Shown here piece after piece: positions 40,201 to 50,781 of a DNA stretch of 59,891 nucleotides. The stretch spans positions 990,607 to 1,050,497 of the forward strand of contig NW_014577068.1 of NCBI RefSeq assembly GCF_000485595.1. Direction: 5' to 3'. Numbering within the stretch: the stretch's first letter is position 1; each line of letters begins with the position of its first letter. The DNA is from Priapulus caudatus (lineage: Eukaryota). A program made the translations under genes and the position numbers. Under the pieces are notes generated by a model. That model saw nothing but the letters and a program-made list of their open reading frames with translations. It did no database searches and was not told where the DNA came from.

Positions 40201-42272
40201 GCACATAAATATTACGCTGTGGCTATATGCCCGGCAGCCGGGCACAGTCTTCGATTTCCTAAATGCCTGGCAGTTCCTAACCCTAACCCTAACCGTAACC
40301 CTTGTTTACTTGAGATAACGCTGAAAATTAAAAACTGCTGGGCATTTAGGAAATCGAAGACCGTGCCCGGCAGCCATCAGATATATGCCGGCTGCCGGGC
40401 ATATAGCCACTCTGTAAATATTACTTTGGTAGTAAATGCATTTTATGTTTATTTACCATAATTTCATGATTGAAACGACTCTGTCACTCACGTGCACGTG
40501 ATTTCTACCTCATAACCTTAAATAAAGATTATTCTTCAAAGTACAAGAGACTATGTAGGGTATGTGATATCGAAGATGGAGAGACAAAGTTGATCAAATA
40601 CTGAAATAGACAGATCAACAATGCAGCTTGCAGTAGAAAAAGCGGCCCAAGGATAGAGAACATGGGTCCCAGTAGATACAATAATGTAACCCAAACCCAA
40701 GAGGATAGGGTTACAAAGCCTCCCTATCCTTTTGTGCGGAGGAATGCCCGAGTGAATCACCGGGCCGGTTGCGGTGGGTCGTTTCAGAGACTAGAACTTC
40801 CAAACTGGGTTTATTCTCAACACGAACCTTTCTCCGCTATCTGGGAACTTACTATGTATCGCAATACTCTGTATTAAACTAATATAACTTGTTACAAAAT
40901 TCGAAGTGACGCGCGGCGAATATACTTGAGCGCCATTTCTGTTGACCTGTTGACGTACGCTATTTCCCAACTGCGCATAAGCACGGCAAACGCAGCGCCT
41001 CCGATTGGTCGGTGATCCGCCTCTTCAAACCGAAGTACGTCACAGGTCAACAGAAATGGCGCTCAGTATATTCGCCGCTCGTCACTTCGAATTTTTGTAA
41101 CAGGTTATATTAGTTTAATACAGAGTAGTTGGATACATAGTAAGTTCCCAGATAGCGGAGAAAGGTTCGTGTTGAGAATAAACCCAGTTTGGAAGTTCTA
41201 GTCTCTGAAACGCACCAGCAAACCCGGCCCGAGTGATTCTACTCGGGCATTCCATCCGCACAAAAGGATAGGAGGCTTTGTAACCTATCCTCTTGGGTTT
41301 GGGTTACATTTATTGTATCTAGGGTCCCAGTGAAACCAATGTGCCTAACCCTAACCCAACCATTCGTAACCCCCTAACCCTAATCCGAACCCTAACCACT
41401 AACCATAACCCTAACCTATTATATTGATATAATATTATATTTATATTGATGTAAATGACATTGGTTTTATTGGGACACATGTTCTCTATCCTTGAACCGA
41501 AAAAGCTTGAAATTTACAATTAACCAAAGACTCGAGAGAATTTCAATATTGAATGTCAGAAACAAAGTAGTTAAATTTAAAGGGATCCTTAGAAAATGGC
41601 ACATGTAGGCCCCCTATGTTGAAAGCAATGATCACACTCAGACGATCGAGTGCTATGAACAGGCTTCATTCAGCAAGAACATTTTGGCCCAAGGATAGAG
41701 AACATGGGTCCCAATAAAACCAATGTGCCTAAACCTAACCCTAAGTCCTAACCCTAATTCTAACCCTAACCCTAATCCTAACCCTAACCCTAACCATAAC
41801 CCTAACCTATTATATTGATATAATATTATATTTATATTGATTTAAATGACATTGGTTTTATTGGGACCCATGTTCTCTATCCTTGAACCAACATTTTTAC
41901 ACATTTTTATACATTTTCGAACAATTTTTCTGCGTAGATTGCACTTCCAGTCTAAGCTAAAGCTCACAGCTGCATGGCGACGTTACTTAAAATTCTACAG
42001 ATTAGATTAGACCCTAACATATTACATATTTAATGTACATGTCCGGTTACAAACACACACACACACTGCCACTAAAATTTGCGAAGATGGGCCCCTACAA
42101 CTAGTACAAGTACAACCTAGGCGATGGCACGGACGAAAGCCGAAAGGGAAGAGAAAATTATGTTGCCGTTCTAAATATTAGGTGCGTTTCAACCTACCTC
42201 TACGTAGACTCCAGCAACTTGGAATATTAGAAAGGGTATCAACCCAAGCACAAAGATATGGTATAACCACAT
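22711..42272 (-). CDS. APP: Amyloid precursor protein family member (APP/APPL/APL-1 orthologue), ~636 aa, complete
   Basis: 12 exons (minus strand): 42272-42198, 35940-35767, 32089-31963, 30306-30073, 29084-28951, 28219-28124, 26587-26429, 25533-25305, 24955-24824, 24595-24435, 23520-23395, 22974-22711. They total 1911 nt in frame. The protein has a signal peptide, E1 (ILEYCRKAYPTLQITNVVE; GMLLPCGVDMFSGVEFVCCP), E2 (RVEEKDRKHTISHYRHL), a TM helix, and the tail GFTEVD...SPEEKH..NMQMNGYENPTYRYFE. Confidence 0.96.
23395..23520 (-). CDS. APP: APP exon 11 (VESVSNEVHQ...VAHRRNSEVEVEQ)
   Basis: CGCAG/GTGCGT boundaries, phase 0-0. Confidence 0.83.
23639..23841. mobile_element. TACTGT...ACAGTA MITE
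   Basis: Terminal inverted repeats and internal TTCGCG/CGCGAA motifs. Confidence 0.7.
24042..24449. repeat. 59-bp tandem repeat, ~7 copies, spanning the APP exon 10 donor
   Basis: Junction motif recurs at 24435, 24376, 24317, 24258, 24199, 24140, 24081. Confidence 0.92.
24435..24595 (-). CDS. APP: APP exon 10 (acidic/Thr-rich linker); alternative acceptor would extend it to 24604
   Basis: TTGCAG acceptor, GTGTGG donor, phase-compatible. Confidence 0.78.
24824..24955 (-). CDS. APP: APP exon 9 (KFLNEIHSN...ILEKYKEEL)
   Basis: TTACAG/GTATGT boundaries, phase 1-1. Confidence 0.85.
25305..25533 (-). CDS. APP: APP exon 8 (ALHKYIRVEEKDRKHTISHYRHL), E2
   Basis: CGCAG/GTACGT boundaries. Confidence 0.93.
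26010..26465. repeat. 51-bp tandem repeat, ~9 copies, spanning the APP exon 7 donor
   Basis: Junction motif recurs at 26429, 26379, 26328, 26277, 26226, 26175, 26124, ~26021. Confidence 0.9.
26429..26587 (-). CDS. APP: APP exon 7 (KFQKMVAGLEEE...HQQRV...KKHPQ), E2
   Basis: TTACAG/GTAACT boundaries. Confidence 0.9.
27034..27890. mobile_element. hAT-like non-autonomous element
   Basis: TIR CAGTGTTCGAAATAAGG / CCTTATTTCAAACACTG; subterminal GACAAG motifs. Confidence 0.7.
28124..28219 (-). CDS. APP: APP exon 6 (VMKKWSDMEEQY...DPHGAEKFKK), E2
   Basis: TTTAG/GTAAGA boundaries. Confidence 0.92.
28951..29084 (-). CDS. APP: APP exon 5 (acidic linker, EHVDFKAAEKRLEEKH)
   Basis: TTGCAG/GTACGC boundaries. 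Confidence 0.9.
29317..29552. mobile_element. MITE family 'CAGGGTGCGAAATTAAC', internally deleted copy
   Basis: Homologous to 10374-10721; 6-bp TSD CCTTTA. Confidence 0.8.
29796..30012. repeat. ~97-bp tandem duplication (about 2.3 copies) in APP intron 4
   Basis: Repeated GACAATTTCTCTACTCAGAAACTAACAACAC...AAGATTTCGCTGACTAA. Confidence 0.8.
30073..30306 (-). CDS. APP: APP exon 4 (GPFQSDPLLVP...GVEFVCCP), CuBD-like
   Basis: TTACAG/GTAGGT boundaries. Confidence 0.94.
31695..31917. mobile_element. foldback MITE with internal (TTAGGG)n
   Basis: ~40-bp TIR AGGGTCTATGTCCCCC...; telomeric hexamers at ~31782-31820. Confidence 0.75.
31963..32089 (-). CDS. APP: APP exon 3 (AYPTLQITNVVE...NWC...PYRCL)
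   Basis: TTGCAG/GTGTGT boundaries. Confidence 0.93.
32677..32716. mobile_element. 40-bp perfect-hairpin mini-element, P/Galileo-like
   Basis: CAAGAG...CTCTTG palindrome; 7-bp TSD ATCTCAG. Confidence 0.72.
32735..32926. mobile_element. hAT-Charlie/MER5-like MITE
   Basis: TIR CAGTGATTCTTAACCT / AGGTTAAGAACCCTTG; 8-bp TSD ATCTAGAT/ATCCAGAT. Confidence 0.78.
33405..33670. repeat. (GA)n and G/A-rich simple repeat with small gap
   Basis: Direct inspection. Confidence 0.9.
34705..35699. mobile_element. hAT-like non-autonomous element with internal degenerate GCCGTGTTAC minisatellite
   Basis: CAGTGCTCAACAC / GTGTCAAGCACTG ends. Confidence 0.6.
35767..35940 (-). CDS. APP: APP exon 2 (EPKIAMKCG...ILEYCRK), E1 growth-factor-like domain
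   Basis: TTGCAG/GTATGT boundaries. Confidence 0.93.
37860..39474. mobile_element. CAG-ended non-autonomous element with nested insertions
   Basis: CAGGGCTCCACACTA / TAGTGTCGAGCCCTG ends, TGGCCCG subterminal motifs, flanks ACATAAG/ATATAAG. Confidence 0.65.
38633..38933. mobile_element. Tourist/Harbinger-like MITE
   Basis: Perfect TIR GGGCGCGTTTGTTTGG; 3-bp flanks TAT/TAC. Confidence 0.75.
40216..40414. mobile_element. foldback MITE with internal (CCCTAA)n, Mutator-like TSD
   Basis: Inverted arms GTGGCTATATGCCCGGCAGCC; flanking direct repeat TAAATATTA(C). Confidence 0.7.
40644..41498. mobile_element. telomere-repeat MITE (GG-ended, 8-bp TSD) interrupted by a 649-bp foldback
   Basis: Ends GGCCCAAGGATAGAG / CTCTATCCTTGAACC; TSD GAAAAAGC. 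Confidence 0.8.
40673..41321. mobile_element. Mutator/foldback-like palindromic element
   Basis: ~280-bp near-perfect inverted arms; 9-bp TSD GGGTCCCAG. Confidence 0.82.
41686..41889. mobile_element. telomere-repeat MITE, intact copy
   Basis: ~40-bp TIR, internal (CCCTAA)n, 8-bp TSD AACATTTT. Confidence 0.85.
42198..42272 (-). CDS. APP: APP exon 1, signal peptide MWLYHIFVLGLIPFLIFQVAGVYVE
   Basis: AAAATG start, hydrophobic signal-like peptide, phase-0 GTAGGT donor compatible with exon 2. Confidence 0.82.
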
Positions 42273-42759
42273 TTTATGGAAAGTTTAGCTACCAGGATCT
42301 TTTGCTGAAAATCATCCGAAACTAGATCGAAGATGTCGTTCTCCTTAGCAAATGCTCCCTTGTTCACATTCTCGCGAATTAACTCGGATGTGACGAGACG
42401 ACGCGAGAGCTCCGTTCGATGATGTCATTAGTGTTATCGTGAACCCGCGAACATGAAGATGTGAAGTGGGCGAGACGGTGAAAGTTGACATATTTTCCCA
42501 TTTTTCAGACGGTTATACAAGGTAAATGATAACAAGTTAATGTGTAACGTAAGAGTCGATGAAACGTAAAGTGTTTACTCTGTCGTCAGTCTTTACAGAC
42601 GTATGTGTCTCTTTAAAAACGATTCCAAATGTCATTGTGACCTGTAGGCTGTTCCTCCCATGGCATTAGCCACAAGTTTCCTTCTCGCGTTCTACGTTGG
42701 CGAGAGGCCTACGACGTGTAACAGTTGGAGAGCCTGGTCGGTTTACAATGGCATATCAT

Positions 42760-42952
42760 CTATGTGACACCATGCAACGATGTAACACATCATAGACACT
42801 GTTAGAGAACGTGGGATATGATTTCAGATTTGTTTCGGTATTCCCACGGTCTCTAACCGTGTCTATGTTGTATTACTATTAGTAACTATTAGTATTATTA
42901 CTATTAGTACAACGATGTAATAGTATTACATCGTTGCATGGTGTCACATAGT
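42760..42952. repeat. nested palindromes (CATAGACAC...GTGTCTATG inside CTATGTGACACCATGCAACGATGTAA arms), probable small MITEs
   Basis: Two pairs of inverted repeats; followed by (TAG)n at ~42995-43080. Confidence 0.55.
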
Positions 42953-43011
42953 GTGCGATACCTACCATAACCCTACTACTACTAGTACGTACCTAGTACT
43001 AGTAGTAGTAC

Positions 43012-43055
<44 letters not shown>

Positions 43056-43780
43056 TAGTAGTACTAGTAGTAGTACTACTGTGTAATGCACGCGTTTCAG
43101 CTTATTCTGTGATATATATTATCAAGAGCTCATAATAGAAAAGAGTACGTATTCATGACAGCGTTTTGCATAGTTTTCAACTTGTAAATATTCTATCAAT
43201 ATGTGAATAAATATATTCAAACTTTACCTTGTTTTTGTCTATGATTCTCCCTTAATCATATGACACCACCAATTTACCTGAAAATCGTATGTGTTCTTCA
43301 AAAAAGTTATTTTAATACGCGCACGGTTTCCTACAGTTTTGACGCATGGATGCATGTCCCAGACCAATGTTTGTTATGGGATTAGTGTTCTATTGTCTAT
43401 GACGAATGCTGGGGCCTGTGTGGGATATTATAGGCATCGAATTGTATTCAGCGTGTAGCTGTTTCCAGCGAGCTAGAAATAATGTGTGCTCAGCGGCGAC
43501 TAGCAGCTGATTTGAGCTTGTGTTGCCCATTTGAGTTCCTGATGATAAGGAAGCGAAACAAGTGCGCTGTTACTGTGCTTACCTAATAATAATATCCCCA
43601 ACAGACCCCAGCGCTCTGCGTAGTTACAACCTGGTGCTGCGCCCGCATATCACACATGCCGCCTAAAATACATGGCGAACATTTGGGAAAACTTGTGTAA
43701 AACGCGTGTCGTATTCAAAAGAAGCTTTTTTGAAGAACACATTACGATTTTCAGGTAAATTGGTGGTGTCATATGATTAA

Positions 43781-44173
43781 GGCCACCTTTTTTTGTTTTG
43801 TTGGTTTACAGAATTTTTGTTGTTTGGTGTGACTCGGTAGGGGAAAAAAAATTGTTTTGTCAGATCAAGACAACGTCAAATACAGTGATACGTGTTTATA
43901 CAATTGATTATTAAAGTTATTTTAAGAAAAAGCTAAATGAAAACAAAACTCACTTGTAATTATTTTTACTTTTATTATAGACTGTTTGTGCAACAGCCCA
44001 CACCCGCAAAATGTTTAGCATTTTTTTTCATCGATGCTTTCTTAGAGAAAAGTCGCGCGGAATAAAAAAATAGCAATTGTTTTCAATTTTATTTTCTTTT
44101 GCAATCGTTTTTCTTTGAAATTCGAGGTCGCGCGCGATCTGCTAATACCAACAAAATAAAAAATATTCTCGCC
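43781..44173. mobile_element. Harbinger-like MITE nested in the foldback right arm
   Basis: GGC...GCC imperfect TIRs, TAA TSD; the foldback arm resumes after it. Confidence 0.7.
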
Positions 44174-45378
44174 TAAGGGTGAAATCCTAGACGAAACAAG
44201 GTAAAGTATTGAATATATTTATTCACATATTGAAGGCACACAAAAATTTTACCCCGCCGGCAAGTAGCTTGAAATTGCCCACTTGCCCGCTTGGGGGCAA
44301 GCAAATTTATTTTACTTGAATGTTTAGAATCTAGACATAATACTATTTTTTAGTTACACCCGCCGCTTGCATTATTTGCACAGACACAACATCGCGGCTA
44401 CATCGGCTGCCTTGCTGCGACCTGCAGCAAGGCTGCCGCGACGAGATTTGGAATGAAAAAAACACAAATGCGAGTTGGAACAATCAGGCAAAACAGTCAT
44501 ATCATACACATGTATACAGCGCAACAGGTAAACGGGCCGGAACAGGCCCCTTGTCAGAAACTCGTAAGTTAATGCTAATGTTAATGCTACCGATAACAGC
44601 TTACGACTATGTTAATGCTACGAGAGTAGGCGTTGACAGAAAACACATCGTAGGCTACGAGCAAACACTGCACGATAACAGGAACTTCATAATTTCATGT
44701 CAACAAGGCTGCTGATTGGATGAGATCGATCACAAAATTAAATTCATACACATTTATTGTACAGGCAACAGTCATTTATGCTATATTAATGATGGCTATA
44801 ACAGCATATAAATAATAGTTTTAATGAAAAAATGACGTGCGTCATCAATTATTCTGCCCACAACAAGACAAATTTCTGCACACTAACATGAGACGTGAGA
44901 GTCGTGCAAGCTCATGGCAAAGCATTTAAAACAGAGAACAAATGCCATACGCTATTTGTAATTATTGTCTGTTTGTTTCTATTAGCGCGTAGATAATTTA
45001 TGATTTTGACGTGTTTTTCAAGAAAAACACATTTTTCATTATTAATAAATATAATATCACGTAATTGTTAATTCGTAGTGTAAATGTGTTATTTTCAACT
45101 TAATTTTAAAGTTACGAGATCTGGGCTCTCGTAATGTTAAGAGATATTTGCGAGGATTTTTCGTTCTGTAACATTACGATGTTTCTGTCAACGGTTAATG
45201 AGTGGAAGTTAATGTTAAGACTAATGTTGAGACTAATTTTGTTTCTGACAACGGGCCCCCGGCCCCCAGGCCAGGCATGGTCATTACGTGATCAGCTAAC
45301 TCAAATGTTTGCCCTTCTACTGCCACCTGTGAATGAGGATTTTCTTTGCTGAAGTACACAAAAACAGATACACTGTAT

Positions 45379-45437
45379 CAAGAGCGTATAAAGAAGGTAT
45401 ATATACTTCTTATATATACCTTCTTTATATGCTCTTG
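45379..45437. mobile_element. 59-bp hairpin mini-element, P/Galileo-like
   Basis: CAAGAG...CTCTTG; 7-bp TSD ACTGTAT. Confidence 0.72.
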
Positions 45438-45559
45438 ACTGTATACTGTGCTGTCAGTCTATTATATCTGCATGCATGCACCGCTATATTCTCTGCGCTT
45501 ACGATCCAGCCCCAAATAAACTTGAACATATTATATTAATTTATTGTGAGTGTGGTGGG

Positions 45560-46220
45560 TTTTTAGCTCATCTGACGTAGTCAGATGCAGCTTGTAGGAT
45601 CGCATGATCGTCCGTGCGTGCGTGCGTTCGTGCGTCCGTCAACAGTTGGCGCACAAATCTTAACGCGCTCGACGTAACGGTCACGATATTCGGCGTGGGG
45701 GGGGGTAATCCGAAAACGAGTTGGGATGTCGAAGCTGGGGGTCAAAGTGCAAAAGGTCAAGAGCTGTAAAAGAAGGGGAACATTCGCTCCTTAACTTAAG
45801 GTATTAGGGAGGAAATGGCAGAATTGGGCACAAATCTAAACGGCTTGACCTAGGCTGTGATAGTCGGTGTATAGCATCATGGTAGGAAAAGCCATCACTG
45901 TGGCCGAAATGTGAGGTCGCAGGTCAAAGGTCAATGGGAGCACAGGGTAGATTTTAGACATTTTCTGAGACATGTCTGACGGAGCGATTGAAAAACTTTT
46001 TTGGCTTCAGCAGTGACGCTAGGCATTTTTATGGCTTTATTGAAAGGACCATGAAATGTACTTTCTGCTGGACATGCGAAGAAGTAGTGTCGGTACTTTT
46101 GACCCTCAGAGGAGGGTTAAACATGATTTGTTTACTGTTAGAACATTAATTTGACTGCGCGGTTTGCTAGTAGAATCTATACATGCCTGGAGTATGAGCT
46201 ACAATGTCACAGTGAAATTT
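45560..46220 (+). mobile_element. HINE-like element, second copy (3' end approximate)
   Basis: Colinear with 11413-11916. Confidence 0.72.
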
Positions 46221-46687
46221 CAAAAGCTAAATTTGGTTGAAGAAGGTTTATGCTCGCCTTAAATCGTATAATTTTCTATGGCCATTCTGTACTGTCAGTG
46301 TACGTGTGTACATGTAACTTATGCCAGATGCAGTGGCCACTGCCAGTGCATGTAGTGGTGATAGTACTGTGTAGTTTTTGCCTGCGTTAATTAGTTACAG
46401 GTGGCAGCTCTCTATTTCAGCCTGTAGGCTTGCGTAGGTAAATGGATGAGTGCTTACCTATTCTGTCTTGGCAAATAGTTGTTGCTACTACGTCGATGGG
46501 AGCTTCCATCTTAATCTAAGACACTTAAACGTATATCGGCCATCTCGTGGCAACTTTCATAATGATCCCAACGAACATTCTTGAGAAGGTTCCTGATACC
46601 ATCCCTGTGCCTTCACTGTTTTCGGCGGCGTATGTGAACACATTTTGGACACAATTCCAGACCAGATTTCGTATTCGTGAAATGAAC

Positions 46688-47504
46688 GTGTGTGCGTGAG
46701 CACGTGTGTGTCATGTGTGTGCGTGAGCGCGTGTGTGCGACGTGTGTGCGTGAGGCGCGTGTGTGGCGACGTGTGTGCGTTATGCGCCGTGTGTGCGACT
46801 GGCGCGTCGTGTGTGTGACGTGTGTGCGTGAGCGCTGTGTGCGACGTGGGTGCGTGAGCGAGCGTGTGTGTGACGTGCGTGTGTGTGACGTGTGTGTGTG
46901 TGTCGCACGTGTGTGCGTTTGCGCATGTGTGGACGTGTGCGTTGCGCGTGTGTGGGCGAGCGTGTGTGCGTGAGCGGCGTGTGTGTGACGTGTGTGGCGT
47001 GAGCTGGCGTGTGTTGCGACGTGTGGGTGCGTTAGCGGGTCGTGTGTGCGTGAGCCGGCGCGTGTGTAGCGCGCGACGTGTTGTGTGATGCTGTGTATGC
47101 GTGAGCGCGTGTGTGCGTGAGCCGTGTGTGTATGTGCGACCGTGTGTGTCGTAGTGCGCGACGTTGTGCGTGAGCGCGACGTGTGCGTGAGCACCGTGTG
47201 TGCGATGTGTGTGCGTTAGCGTGTCTGTGCGACGTGTGTGCGTGTGTGCCGTGAGCGTGTGTGTGTGCGTGAGCGCATGTGTGTGACGTGTGTGCGTGAG
47301 CGCCGTGTGTGGCGTGAGCACGTGTGTGCGATGTGTGTGCGTGAGCTGCGTGTGCGCGACGTTGTGTGCGTAAGACGCCTGTGTGTGCGACGTGTGTGCG
47401 TAAGCGCGTGTGTGGCGACGTGTGTGCGTGCGTATACGCGTGTCGGTGATACGTGTTCATATGTTGCACGTGGGCGTTGTAAACGCGCGCGCGTGTGTGT
47501 GTGT

Positions 47505-47544
<40 letters not shown>

Positions 47545-47595
47545 TGTGGTGTGTGCGTGCGTGCGTGTGGCGTGCGCGTGCGTGTGGCGTGCGTT
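46688..47595. repeat. degenerate (GT)/(GCGT)-rich micro/minisatellite
   Basis: Direct inspection. Confidence 0.9.
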
Positions 47596-50119
47596 TGCCG
47601 GTCATGCATTTCCTTCTCATGTAATAGCAGTAGCACAATGTAGAGTGTCGGGGACCGCGTCTATAGCGTTGTATCACATGGCAACCTCGCTCATCGAGAC
47701 CTGTTCCACTACTACAGTGTTATAGTGCACACTCACAGTCACTCTGGCTGTTTTAATAATAAAATGATTGTAAATAAATAAACCTCTCTAATACACCAAT
47801 ACACAATATATAATCAAATATAAACAATACACAATACCCTCAGAAAGCATCTCGGAGCATTCGTGAGATCAACAATTTTCCGCGCAACCACTATCGACAT
47901 CATGCTTTTAGGGCTAGTTGAAAACCAGAAGGGCTGGTACAAACCTTACCTTACTAGCCCTTCGGGCGCAACTTTATATTGTCCGTTATTTTTTTTCTTT
48001 CTACTTATAAAAAAAAAACTACCAAAAAAACAAAAAAAAATATAGTGTACTATTTTTAAAACAATGTTTGTTTGCCCATTTTTTACGTAAAAAGTAGTAC
48101 TAACGGGACTACAATATCGTCAAACTTCTTACATGATAAGATTGTTCTCACTAGTTAAAAATCCAAAAAATCCCTGGACGATTCGACTATTATTTATCTC
48201 TGACATTAATTGCTGCTAGGAGGGCTATGTATGAGTCTCGAGTGTATGTTTACATCGAACAATATATAGTAAAATGGGAAGTATAATGCAGCAATTTAAC
48301 CATAAAAAGTTAACAGAATTACTTATATTTTGTGAAAAAGTGGAAATGTTTTTTTTACTTTTACTATTTACGGTGACGTAATCACTTTAAGTGAAATGCT
48401 GGATGTTGACTAGTTGAACCTTCATTTACGTTATTTACCATTTAAATTCATATTAGAAAAAAATAGTATTTTTTTTTTTTCGGGCAAGTGACTTTTGCCT
48501 CCGGGCATCCAGTTTCATAACCCACTTGCCCGAGAGGGCAAGTGGGAAAAAAAATTTGTAGCACCCTGCATATTAATTATTATTGATAGAATATTTACAA
48601 GTTGAAAACTATGCAAAACGCTGTTAAAACGGTGTCATACTCTTCTCTATTATGAGCTCTTGATATTATACGAGTATTTCTGTGCTTATTTTGTTCTCAC
48701 TCTCAGTTCTGGCGTTGTGTGCGGCACTTTGCACCGGTTTGCGTGAGACTGAGAGTGCACCTAATACTAATAGTAATACCAGCAATGCGACTTGATTCTG
48801 ACAGCATTTCATTCTAGGTTAGAATAGTCATAGTATGCATAGGATATATATATAGGAACTATGCCCATAGGTATATATTACATTATGACATTAGGAGCAC
48901 AGGAATTTGTGCGAACAAACAATCACGAGTGGATTCTGGGCTTTACTAAGGCTTTAGTAAGGGGTTAGGTATAAGTAGCAATAAAAACTTGGTTACGTTG
49001 GTATCACACACAATTTCTTGTTACAGCTCTCAAATATGTCATGTATCATACTGATTTGTGTAGGCACATTATTATATTAAAGCCTCAACTTAGCCCGCTT
49101 AAGAGTTTTGTGTCTGTACGCTACGATTTGGCACGCGCCAGACTCGCGTCAGGCGTGCGCCAGTTTGATACCATATTTGCAGTCTGTACGTGGTATAATA
49201 CTGCCAAAAGTTAAGTGCCAGGGTTCTTTCCAGGTCTTTAATGCATGTAGGGTCCAGCATGCCTTTAAAGCTGAAGCCAATTTACGACATCCCATTAATG
49301 CTGCACATTCCCTAATTCTCCTAATTTCCAGATCTAGATGTGTTTACAGCTGGCAATCCCAATACAATCAACTTGTGTAATTAACTCCAATTGGTACAAC
49401 CCCCTCCCGTTACCAGGTATGAAATACTGTCCTTGGCTAGTGTGTCGATCAAGCCGTAGGGTAGCATTATAGTGGCAAACATCCCCTGCACCAATTACAG
49501 TGCAGTATTTTTCGCAGCCATATAACAATAACTAGTTCCTATACATGTATATTATGTATTGTTAGCATGATTTTGCTCAAATGAGCTTGGCATTTTCTTC
49601 TGAATTTAAATATCACATGTAATGAAATATTTTCATTCCCTTTGATTCTATTTTTAGCTGAATTGTTTAAGAACTAAGGTAGCTATAAGCTAAGCTAACA
49701 ACGTAGCTAAGCTAACAAAAGCTAGCAAATGCACATCATTTGCCCTGATTTGTTACCATGTAAACTGGGTTAATCTTAAGACATGGTCACTGTAAATTTT
49801 CAAAGTAGGTATGTCTGATTCCTCTGTATCAATAGCAGTTTCCAAACTCTTCTTCCCTCACAGTTTATTAGTCTCATGACCTTTCCAAGTACTTGTTTAA
49901 CACTAGCAACCTGATTATGTATCACACACCATATATGCAGGATAGTGCTGTGCGTCGGATCCGATAATCCGAATCCGATCCGATCCGAATCCGATCTATA
50001 TATATATGGTCATATAATTAATTGTGGTTTAATGTCATTTAGGTTAGGGTTAGGGTTAGGGTTAGGGTTAGGTCTAGGATTATCAATCACTTATNNNNNN
50101 NNNNNNNNNNNNNNNNNNN

Positions 50120-50309
50120 CTCATCTTCTTACTTCTCCTCATCTCTCTCTCTCTCGCTCTCTCGCTCTCTCTCTCTCCTCTTCTCTCTCTCTCCTCTCTC
50201 TCTGCTCTCTCTCTCAGTCTCTCCCCTCTCTCTCCTCTCTCATCTCTTTCTCGCTCCTCCTTCTCTCCTCTCTCGTCTCTCTCTCGTCTCTCTCCTTCTT
50301 TCTCTCTCG

Positions 50310-50353
<44 letters not shown>

Positions 50354-50675
50354 GTCTCTCTCTCTCGCGTCTCTTCTCTCTCTCTCTCTCATCTCTTCTC
50401 TCTCGTCTCTCTCTCCTCCTCTCTGCTCTCTCGCTCTCTCTCTCTCTCTCGTCTCCTCTCTCTCTCTCTCTCGTCTTCTCTCTCTCTCTCTCGTCTCTCT
50501 CTCTCTCCTCGCTCGTCTCTCTCTTCTCTCTCTCATCTCTCCTCTCTTGCTCTCTCTCTCTTCGTCTCTCTCTCTCTTCTCTCTCTCTCATCTCTCGTCG
50601 ATCTCTCTTCTCTTCTCTCCTCATCTCTCTCTCTCTCTCCTCTCTCCTGTGCTCTCTCAATCTCCTCTCTCCTCT

Positions 50676-50712
<37 letters not shown>

Positions 50713-50748
50713 CTCTCCGTTCTCTCTTCTCCTCTCCTCTCTCCTTGC

Positions 50749-50781
<33 letters not shown>

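Larger units (their letters stand above)
44232..48568. mobile_element. hAT-like element nested in the foldback right arm
   Basis: Right end GCACCCTG, CACTTGCCC/GGGCAAG subterminal motifs at both ends, flanking CATATT duplication. Confidence 0.62.
43123..48662. mobile_element. P/Galileo-like foldback element expanded by nested insertions
   Basis: Ends CAAGAGCTCATAATAG / CTATTATGAGCTCTTG; 7-bp TSD ATATTAT; homologous (inverted) to 4876-5606. Confidence 0.82.

Noticed and set aside
41345..41810. True telomere or chromosome fusion site
   Set aside because: The hexamer runs are short, degenerate and enclosed in TIR/TSD elements.
46557..47725. His/Thr- and Cys/Val-rich ORFs
   Set aside because: Translations of a GT/GCGT satellite.
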